31,020 nucleotides of DNA from Clostridia bacterium. Its GTDB lineage: Bacteria; Bacillota; Clostridia; Christensenellales; UBA1242. Position 1 is the first letter of the stretch. Each line of letters begins with the position of its first letter. The position numbers were made by a program, and so were the translations under genes. The notes beneath the pieces are model-generated. The model saw nothing but the letters and a program-made list of their open reading frames with translations. It was not told where the DNA came from and did not search any database. Below, one piece after another: positions 24,044 to 31,020 of this stretch. The stretch spans positions 1 through 31,020 of the forward strand of contig JAGCSP010000003.1 in assembly GCA_017964105.1 (NCBI GenBank). The letters run 5' to 3'.

Positions 24044-25594
24044 ATGGAAAACGAAAGAGTAAAAAATATTAAACGCAATTTAATATTTAATGTTATTAAA
24101 TATGGGGTGGACCTAGTATTTAAGTTTGTTTTGCGCACTGTAATGATTTATTATCTTGGTGTGCAATATTTGGGACTAAATGGACTATTTAGTAACATTT
24201 TTACTTTTCTTAACCTTGCCGACCTTGGTATTGGCACAGCAATAGTATTTAGCATGTACAAGCCAGTGGCAGAAAACGACATAGAAAAAATTAAAACTTT
24301 GCAAAATATATACAAAAAGTTTTATTTGATAGTAAGTATAATAATACTTGCACTCGGTGGAATAGTGACGCCATTTATAAAATCATTTATCAATGGTGAA
24401 AGCCCAAGTGATATAAACTTGTATTTGCTTTTTGGTATGTACCTAATTAATGCTGTGTGTGGATACCTATTTGCACACAAACGATCCCTTCTATTTGCAT
24501 ACCAACGCAACGATATTGAAAACAAGATTAAGTCCGTTTGCACAATAGTTATGTCTGGCTTGCAAGTTGCAGCAATTGTGATATTTAAGAATTACTACAT
24601 ATATTATGCAATCACAATAGTATTTACTATTGTGGATGCCCTTTGGGTGTATCTTGTTGCAAAGAAATATTATCCAGAGATATCGGGCCCATCAAATAAG
24701 CTTGATGATGATACCAAGAGAGAGATAACTAGAAATATAACAGCTATAAGTATGCATAAAGTAGGCGGTGCGATAGTATTCTCCACAGATAATATACTTA
24801 TTTCCGCATTTATTAGCCTTACTGTGCTTGGAGCATATTCTAACTATGCATTAATTTTTACCACCTTGGGCACGTTGTATATATTACTTAACAATGCATT
24901 AACGAGTAGTTTGGGTAACATGGTTGCTAGTTGTGATGTAGAATACTGCTATAAAAGATTTAGGTTGGTAAATTTCTCTTACTCATATTTAACTGCGTTT
25001 ACAACTATATGTATGTTTGTGTTATTCCAACCATTTATCAAAATGTGGACATCAAACAACCCTGATTATTTGCTTAATGTGTATACAGTGATGTTATTAT
25101 GCATTAGTTATTATTTAACGCGCATGCGCACATCAGTTATATTGTTTAGAGATGTAACAGGTTTATTTTGGAACGATAGATGGAAACCAATTGTGGAATC
25201 TGTGGTAAACCTTGTGGCATCACTACTACTTGTAAAACCACTTGGATTAAATGGTATAATACTTGGAACTATTATTAGCACAGTGATTGCACCATTATGG
25301 GTAGAGCCACTAGTGCTATACAAACATTACTTTAAAAAGCCGCTTGTAAAATACTTTACACGCTATGCAATAGACACAATTATTATGGTGGCGGCAGGTG
25401 TGGCATGTTACTTTATTTGCGCACTAATTCCAGAAGGTGGAATATGGTGGCTACTACTTAGATTTGGTGTGTGTGCAGTAAGTTGTGCATTGTTCTTATT
25501 CATATTAAATCTACTTACACCAGAAGGCAGAAGTGTGATAGGTTATGCAAAAAGATTATTTAAAAAGAAAAGTGATGAAAACACAGCTAAGTAA
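24044..25594 (+). CDS. Wzx-type oligosaccharide flippase (MOP superfamily)
   Basis: 516 aa with 12-14 hydrophobic segments. LG..YLGLNGLF, LADLGIG and TDNILIS...LG.YSNY motifs. Confidence 0.88.
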   Translation: MENERVKNIKRNLIFNVIKYGVDLVFKFVLRTVMIYYLGVQYLGLNGLFSNIFTFLNLADLGIGTAIVFSMYKPVAENDIEKIKTLQNIYKKFYLIVSIIILALGGIVTPFIKSFINGESPSDINLYLLFGMYLINAVCGYLFAHKRSLLFAYQRNDIENKIKSVCTIVMSGLQVAAIVIFKNYYIYYAITIVFTIVDALWVYLVAKKYYPEISGPSNKLDDDTKREITRNITAISMHKVGGAIVFSTDNILISAFISLTVLGAYSNYALIFTTLGTLYILLNNALTSSLGNMVASCDVEYCYKRFRLVNFSYSYLTAFTTICMFVLFQPFIKMWTSNNPDYLLNVYTVMLLCISYYLTRMRTSVILFRDVTGLFWNDRWKPIVESVVNLVASLLLVKPLGLNGIILGTIISTVIAPLWVEPLVLYKHYFKKPLVKYFTRYAIDTIIMVAAGVACYFICALIPEGGIWWLLLRFGVCAVSCALFLFILNLLTPEGRSVIGYAKRLFKKKSDENTAK

Positions 25595-25607
25595 TAGTTG
25601 TGTTTTT
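25578..25607 (+). terminator. Intrinsic terminator at the end of the flippase gene
   Basis: AAAACACAGCTA-AGTAA-TAGTTGTGTTTTT. Confidence 0.65.
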
Positions 25608-25671
25608 ATTTTTGTTCCAATAATAAAAGGTGTATAATTGTTATTATACTTAGGAGAAATGATAGATAATT

Positions 25672-26463
25672 ATGTACGCATTTTTTAAGAGAACTTTTGA
25701 TATATGTTTTAGTGCAGTAATGCTAATACTACTTAGCCCTGTGATGGCGGTTACTGCGTTACTTGTAAGAATTAAACTTGGCGGACCTGTGATATTTGTA
25801 AATTACAGGCCAGGCAAAAATGGCAAGGTGTTTGCTTTATACAAATTTCGTAGCATGAGTAATGCTAGGGACGAAAATGGTGACTTACTTCCAGACGAAA
25901 AACGTTTTACTAAGTTTGGCAAATTACTTCGTGCCACATCACTTGACGAGTTGCCACAATTGTGGAATATTTTGAAGGGTGACATGAGTCTTATTGGTCC
26001 ACGCCCAAGACTAATTAAAGATGCATTATATTTTGGCATAGAAGGAAATAAAATATATAGTTTGGCAGTACGTCCAGGTTTATCAGGGCGCAGCCAAGTG
26101 TATGGCAGAAATGACAACACATGGGACAAGATATTTGAGCACGATAAGTATTATTGTGAGCATTTTGGGTTTTGGCAAGATTTTAAGATATTCTTCCGCA
26201 CATTTTATGTTGTGCTAAGTCACAAATCAATAGAAAAAGAAGAGTTTAAGTATTACAATGATTATTGCTTTGCTAAGGGTTTGATTGATGAGAATGAATA
26301 CAAACGTGGCCTTGCAGAGCACAAAGCGATGGAGCATAATTGCGATCTTGGAATCACACAATATGTAACCGTAAAAGGTGAAATTCCAAAACTAACTAAG
26401 GCAAAACAAACTAAACAAAATGTTGTTGTGGATGATGAAGAATTGAAAACCGCAAACGAATAA
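25672..26463 (+). CDS. Priming phosphoglycosyltransferase (Bac_transf family)
   Basis: KRTFDI, RPG.NGK.F.LYKFRSM, LRATSLDELPQLWNILKGDMSLIGPRP and VRPGLSG..QV.GR. Confidence 0.93.
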   Translation: MYAFFKRTFDICFSAVMLILLSPVMAVTALLVRIKLGGPVIFVNYRPGKNGKVFALYKFRSMSNARDENGDLLPDEKRFTKFGKLLRATSLDELPQLWNILKGDMSLIGPRPRLIKDALYFGIEGNKIYSLAVRPGLSGRSQVYGRNDNTWDKIFEHDKYYCEHFGFWQDFKIFFRTFYVVLSHKSIEKEEFKYYNDYCFAKGLIDENEYKRGLAEHKAMEHNCDLGITQYVTVKGEIPKLTKAKQTKQNVVVDDEELKTANE

Positions 26464-26464
26464 T

Positions 26465-26487
26465 AAAGCACCGACATGGTGCTTTTT
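26465..26487 (+). terminator. Intrinsic terminator
   Basis: AAAGCACC-GACAT-GGTGCTTTTT. Confidence 0.75.
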
Positions 26488-26552
26488 ATTTTTAGGTATT
26501 GAAAATAAAATAATGTAGTGGTATAATAATAATTGTAACGAGGTGGTAATTT

Positions 26553-27407
26553 ATGAGTGTTGAAAGAGAGTTGAAGCATAAATTTTTTGATAGAAACGAG
26601 TACAAATATTATTTGATATCTGTATTGAACAGGCGCTACAAAGAGTATGATGGTAAAGATTTTACACGCGCACTTGTGCAAACAATGGAAGGTCAATTTA
26701 TTGATTTTATGAAACATGAAGAGTTTTTGGATAAAAAACTTGGCGATGTGGAAAAAACTTTTAATAGCAGAATATTAGAAGGCAAAAAGTTTAGTGGTGA
26801 AGAAAAAGATAATTTGCTAAATTATTTATTTAAATCACGCATTTATCAAAATAGCCTTGTAAACTTGTATTGCGCATGCGAAATTGAGTGTGAGCGCAAA
26901 GCAGAGTTGGAAGTAAAACCATATAAGTTATTTATAGAAAACTTGCGTGCAATATGTTCGCAAAGGAAAGATGAAGATTTTTTGGAATATGAATTGAACT
27001 TTGATAAAAAGGCAGTGGAGCGTGTGCTTATGCTTACTCCTGAGCAAATGTGCGGATTAGAGCCAGTGCAATGTAGATATGAATACAAAATTGTGAATGG
27101 CGAACAAGAGATTATTTCTGAAAAGAAAATGAAATTTTTGCCAGTATCTGCAAAGGGCTATAAAAAGTTAAAAGAAAGTGGATACAAAGCTTCTTGTTAT
27201 GAAGAGCTTGGTGAGAAGTTTAATTCAAAATACAACAAAGTGTTGAAAACTTCTGATGAAGAAAAACTTTTAAATGAAAAATTGGAAGAAGAATACAAAA
27301 TGCTAAATCCACACACTTACCTTATGGATTCCAAAATTGAAGAAGGCAAGAGAATTGCAAAAGCTTTTGAAGAAAAACATCCACATTTGTTTGATAAAAC
27401 AATGTAA
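26553..27407 (+). CDS. Hypothetical K/E-rich soluble protein (paralog A)
   Basis: 284 aa. GAGGTG SD, own promoter (TTGAAA-17-TATAAT at 26499-26527) and terminator. No family recognised. Confidence 0.8.
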   Translation: MSVERELKHKFFDRNEYKYYLISVLNRRYKEYDGKDFTRALVQTMEGQFIDFMKHEEFLDKKLGDVEKTFNSRILEGKKFSGEEKDNLLNYLFKSRIYQNSLVNLYCACEIECERKAELEVKPYKLFIENLRAICSQRKDEDFLEYELNFDKKAVERVLMLTPEQMCGLEPVQCRYEYKIVNGEQEIISEKKMKFLPVSAKGYKKLKESGYKASCYEELGEKFNSKYNKVLKTSDEEKLLNEKLEEEYKMLNPHTYLMDSKIEEGKRIAKAFEEKHPHLFDKTM

Positions 27408-27413
27408 ATAATT

Positions 27414-27441
27414 AAAGTAGGTCAAAAGTGGCCTACTTTTA
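27414..27441 (+). terminator. Intrinsic terminator
   Basis: AAAGTAGGTC...GGCCTACTTTT. Confidence 0.7.
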
Positions 27442-27512
27442 TTTATTTTGGGTATTGTAAGTTTAACTAATATGTGATAAAATAGCTTTGTATTAAACAA
27501 TAGAGGTGCAAA

Positions 27513-28355
27513 ATGAAAGAAGATTTTTTATACACAATGGGCAGTGAATACAATTACAGAGTAAAAGGACATTTGTTCCACGAGGATAATTATTACTATT
27601 ATCTATTGCAAAAAAGAGAGTATTATAAAGATTCAACTTTCGCAGGTATTTACAACAATACATGTGAAAAAATTGCAGCAATTGAAGCAAACAAAGAAAA
27701 ATTTGATGCAATAACAGCATTGATGCATGATTTCTTTGAAAAATATCTTGGTTTTGGTACAACCAAAGAAGCAGTTGAAAAAAGACAAGCAATAATGGAA
27801 TCAGACCCAAGTGCATTTGAAAACAACAGAGATATTGCAAAAATGCTTATGCACACACGCCTTTACAGAGAGCAAATGGTTAATTTGTTTGTTGCAGCAA
27901 AAGAATCAATTCCAAGTGGCACAAAAAATGAATTTGAAGCACTATGCAAATTGATAAGAGACAACTTATTTGCATTGAGCGTACAAGAGAAAGATCATTT
28001 CTGGTCTGATGCAGTGCAAGTGATGCCAAAAAATAAAATTTGCTTAATGTTATCTAGTGATGATGCAAAGAATGTTGTGCTACCAGTAAGCTATGAAGAT
28101 AGTGTAAAATTAAATTTTGATAAAATCGCAGAGGGTGACAAAGTAAGAACAGTAAAAAGATTGGCAAGATCCTTTGAAGCCAAATTGGAACATGTTGTTA
28201 CTAAATTTGAAAAAGAAACCGGCAAGGATTTCTATGAAGTAAACAAAGAAAACTTGACTATTTCTGACATGGCATGTGACCCACGCAGATATGGCAGAGA
28301 AACAGAAGTAAATAAGGGTAAAGAAATTGCCGAACGTGAAGAAAGAGTTTGTTAA
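27513..28355 (+). CDS. Hypothetical K/E-rich soluble protein (paralog B)
   Basis: 280 aa. GAGGTG SD and own promoter (TTGTAA-17-TAAAAT at 27455-27483). Collinear motif similarity to 26553-27407. Confidence 0.8.
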   Translation: MKEDFLYTMGSEYNYRVKGHLFHEDNYYYYLLQKREYYKDSTFAGIYNNTCEKIAAIEANKEKFDAITALMHDFFEKYLGFGTTKEAVEKRQAIMESDPSAFENNRDIAKMLMHTRLYREQMVNLFVAAKESIPSGTKNEFEALCKLIRDNLFALSVQEKDHFWSDAVQVMPKNKICLMLSSDDAKNVVLPVSYEDSVKLNFDKIAEGDKVRTVKRLARSFEAKLEHVVTKFEKETGKDFYEVNKENLTISDMACDPRRYGRETEVNKGKEIAEREERVC

Positions 28356-28365
28356 TTTAAACATT

Positions 28366-28395
28366 AAAAAAACCACGATTATTCGTGGTTTTTTT
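28366..28395. terminator. Bidirectional intrinsic terminator
   Basis: AAAAAAACCACGA-TTAT-TCGTGGTTTTTTT between convergent genes. Confidence 0.85.
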
Positions 28396-28399
28396 GTGT

Positions 28400-28897
28400 T
28401 TATTTAATATCGTTTTGTTCCTTTGACGCTTTCTTTTTTTCTGCTTGGCGCTTGGCAAGTTCGTTTGTGTTTTCTTGTCCTCTAAACACAACAAATTTGC
28501 ACCACAAAAATTCAGTTACAAAGTTTAGCGCCATCATAATGCCTGTTACTATTGTTCCATTCCAACCAATGTATTCTAGGGCGTCGCCACCAAATACGGA
28601 AGCAGGGGTAAATGCACAATAATATAGAAATACTAGCGACATTGCAATTGGCACATTGTTTGCTGATTTAAAAGTAAACTTTCTATTGAAAGTAAAATTC
28701 CAAACGACTGATAATGTAAGACTTATCAAATATGTTGCCCACCATGATTTCCAACCAATAATGTCATACATGAGCTCAAATGAGGCGATTTGAATAAGCC
28801 CTGCGGATATTGAAAAAAGAGTAAACTTTGCTGATTGCCAAAGTGTTTCTTTTACTTTTTCTTGTTTTTCAATTTTTTTGTCTTTATTTTCTTCCAT
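28400..28897 (-). CDS. GtrA family membrane protein
   Basis: KFTLFSISAG, SVVWNFTFNRKFTF and NFV..FLW.KFVVF; four hydrophobic segments. Confidence 0.88.
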   Translation of the reverse strand: MEENKDKKIEKQEKVKETLWQSAKFTLFSISAGLIQIASFELMYDIIGWKSWWATYLISLTLSVVWNFTFNRKFTFKSANNVPIAMSLVFLYYCAFTPASVFGGDALEYIGWNGTIVTGIMMALNFVTEFLWCKFVVFRGQENTNELAKRQAEKKKASKEQNDIK

Positions 28898-28949
28898 AAT
28901 TTAAACCCACACTAATTATCACAATTATATAACAAATATATGTATTATC

Positions 28950-28983
28950 AAAACAAAAAACGACTAAATAAATTTAGTCGTTT
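28950..28983 (-). terminator. Intrinsic terminator of the minus-strand CYTH-like gene
   Basis: AAACGACTAAAT / ATTTAGTCGTTT inverted repeat with an A-tract on its left. Confidence 0.7.
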
Positions 28984-29659
28984 ATTTTGCTGTGAGATCT
29001 ATACCAAGATTTAAATCGCTTGATTGCGTTTCTATAAGAGTAGGGAATTCAAATTTAACTAGTTTATTAAATGTTGGCCAGAATTCGTGATTGCCAGAAT
29101 CGCTTTGGAATTCCAAAACTTCCACTTTGCTGCGTTTCTTGTTTAGTTGGTTTGAATAAGTGGAGTAGCTAAATGACATAATGGTTTTGAATCCATTTGC
29201 ATTAATTGCTCTAAATCTTTCGCGTTTTTTCTCCACAATCATAATTGGCTGAATTGTTTTTAATAATGCTTCAACGTCTGCACTAATCCCATTTGGAATA
29301 AGTTCATATACTGCACTAGTGATAAATTTAATGTGGTCACTTATTCTGCTTCTTGGATTGATTTTAATTGAGAATGTGTCTGGAATGTTTGTTAAAAACA
29401 TAATTCTGTTTACACCGGAATTAAATCTAACCACAAGTTCGCCACCTTCTTTACGTTTGTTTATGTTGATGGTGATGCCAACTTGATTGAAAAAGCAATC
29501 TGGCGTGTCATAATATGTTTTGGTTATGATACCTTTTTCATAAATAGTGATGCCATATCCTTTCAAAAATTGTCCACGTAAGATTTGAACTTTTTGTTTT
29601 TTTAAGTTGTCCATTAGGTACTTGGAACCCAAGTAACTGCTTTTTACTGTATCTTCCAT
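28982..29659 (-). CDS. Hypothetical protein, possible degenerate CYTH-like (triphosphate tunnel) fold
   Basis: TKTYYDTP, EKKRERF and VEVLEF recall CYTH strands, but the N-terminal ExExK motif is absent. Confidence 0.55.
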   Translation of the reverse strand: MEDTVKSSYLGSKYLMDNLKKQKVQILRGQFLKGYGITIYEKGIITKTYYDTPDCFFNQVGITININKRKEGGELVVRFNSGVNRIMFLTNIPDTFSIKINPRSRISDHIKFITSAVYELIPNGISADVEALLKTIQPIMIVEKKRERFRAINANGFKTIMSFSYSTYSNQLNKKRSKVEVLEFQSDSGNHEFWPTFNKLVKFEFPTLIETQSSDLNLGIDLTAK

Positions 29660-29822
29660 AACAATATATTATATTACAATTTTTTGTAATAATCAACTTT
29701 AAATCAAGGTCATAATACAAAATTATTTGTCAAAATTAAAGAGTAAGTCATTGTATAGCAAATTTATTGAATTATTTAATAAAATTAGTTATAATAAATA
29801 TGATATTATAGGAGGTGTGCGC

Positions 29823-30722
29823 ATGAAAAGATTTTTAAGTGTCATTATTTTTGTGTTGTGCACCACTATACTCTTTGGTTGCGCAACAATTGAATATCAA
29901 CATTGGATGCATCCAGACGGCAGTATCGAAGACATTATGATTTTTGAAATTGACCAAGATGTAGATAGAACTGTGGCAACAAACATCATAAATGATGTTT
30001 TCCGTGATGTTCAAAACTATTATGCAAAGCCTTTAATTGCTCAACGTGACCAATATGGCGATATCAATATTAGAGATGGTATTACAGTGCAAGTGCTTTC
30101 AAACAACGACATTGACCCAAAGTTTAGATATGTCAAAGTTGTCACAAGGTGTGAGACGCAAGAATTGTTTGAACTACTTAATACAAACATTTTGCCACAT
30201 GTGTATCAGGCAAATGTGATTGACTTAAATAAAGATACAGACAAAGACAAATCGGGATATAGCGTAAGTGCATTTATCATTAAATACATTGAAAAAACAT
30301 CTAATGCATTTGGAGATATCTCTAACTTTAGTTTGGAACTAAAAGATGATAGCCAACCAGTAAAAAACTTTACTGAAGTGTATGCAGAAAAATATGCAGA
30401 TGGTGAGTTTAAGGCAAGTGATATTAAGCTTAGACAAATGTTTGTAACTACTGATTTAAGGTTAAAGAGTGATGCAGATGCTATAATGGAACAAGATGGA
30501 TACAAATATCACTTGTGGGAACTAGATACATCTAATCCTGATCAAGAATTGATGTTTTATTATCAAACTGCAAATTCCACAGGATGGTATTATCTAGCCC
30601 TTGGAATTACATTTGTAATTATGTTTTTACTCATTATGACGTATGGCGTAAGAGTGGGTAAAACAAAACATGCAACATCTGATGAAGATGTACAAATTGA
30701 TGAAGATGACAAAGATTTATGA
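29823..30722 (+). CDS. Predicted lipoprotein with a C-terminal TM anchor and acidic tail
   Basis: Start moved to ATG 29823 (GGAGG SD). Signal peptide ends in lipobox LFGC. C-terminal hydrophobic helix, then DEDVQIDEDDKDL. Confidence 0.8.
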   Translation: MKRFLSVIIFVLCTTILFGCATIEYQHWMHPDGSIEDIMIFEIDQDVDRTVATNIINDVFRDVQNYYAKPLIAQRDQYGDINIRDGITVQVLSNNDIDPKFRYVKVVTRCETQELFELLNTNILPHVYQANVIDLNKDTDKDKSGYSVSAFIIKYIEKTSNAFGDISNFSLELKDDSQPVKNFTEVYAEKYADGEFKASDIKLRQMFVTTDLRLKSDADAIMEQDGYKYHLWELDTSNPDQELMFYYQTANSTGWYYLALGITFVIMFLLIMTYGVRVGKTKHATSDEDVQIDEDDKDL

Positions 30723-30768
30723 AAAATGTTATTGAAAATAACAGTTTTTGTGATAATATAAGTGTATT

Positions 30769-31020
30769 ATGAGTAGAGATAGATATTTTTTTGATAAACG
30801 TGTAATAAAAAAAGGATTAATTAAATACGGCATTATGTTTGTAATTGCACTACCTATTCTTATTGTGCTAAACATATACGTATTTGATAAATTGTCTTTT
30901 TGGGGTGCAACACTTCTTGATTGTGTTGTGTTACTTGCTGTTGTTGCAGTATGTCTTGTTGTATATAACAAGATTGAAGCACGCAAAGCACAAAAAGAAC
31001 AAGAAGAGATAGAACGCCAA
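30769..31020 (+). CDS. Hypothetical membrane protein, 3'-partial (not in the ORF track)
   Basis: Open frame from ATG 30769 to the window end: MSRDRYFFDKRVIKKGLIKYGIMFVIALPILIVLNIYVFDKLSFWGATLLDCVVLLAVVAVCLVVYNKIEARK..., with two hydrophobic segments. Confidence 0.7.
   Translation, partial: MSRDRYFFDKRVIKKGLIKYGIMFVIALPILIVLNIYVFDKLSFWGATLLDCVVLLAVVAVCLVVYNKIEARKAQKEQEEIERQ

Noticed and set aside
217-30986. Many 60-155 aa ORFs antisense to, or overlapping, the called genes
   Set aside because: Shadow ORFs with no SD or promoter context and no motifs; fully explained by the coding strand.
1-31020. CRISPR arrays, IS elements, retron/DGR or defence systems
   Set aside because: No regularly spaced repeats, terminal inverted repeats with a transposase, reverse transcriptase or nuclease motifs were seen.

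Overview
Low-GC chromosomal window, most likely from a Bacillota/Clostridia-like bacterium (inference from gene content and sigma70/SigA-type promoters). Standard genetic code; no integrase, transposase or CRISPR array seen. Gene order: partial radical-SAM gene; NCS2 permease; acyltransferase/DUF6320 pair; PanE-like; YqeY; PAP2-like; putative Mn transporter; queH; tRNA-Val(GAC) and tRNA-Ala(GGC); a ~330-nt ORF-free unit with its own promoter and terminator (candidate ncRNA, 3' part 6S-like); an ArsR/SmtB plus P1B-ATPase Zn/Cd efflux operon with two tandem operators; a divergent MetRS-fold class I tRNA synthetase; an OlsB-like GNAT plus a DedA-acyltransferase fusion; a Wzx/Wzy-type polysaccharide locus; two tandem orphan paralogs; GtrA; CYTH-like; a lipoprotein. 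The best candidate for a new system is 11688-13912. A near-consensus promoter starts essentially at the ATG of an 11-codon leader peptide, MKNIKSQQQQY (four tandem CAA codons). It is followed by a complete 1:2 / 2:3 / 3:4 attenuator and then the MetRS-like gene, whose methionine-pocket residues and anticodon-reading Trp appear replaced. Hypothesis (untested): a MetRS-derived enzyme that supplies Gln-tRNA(Gln), controlled by ribosome-mediated glutamine attenuation rather than a T-box. All alignments and RNA folds were done by eye.
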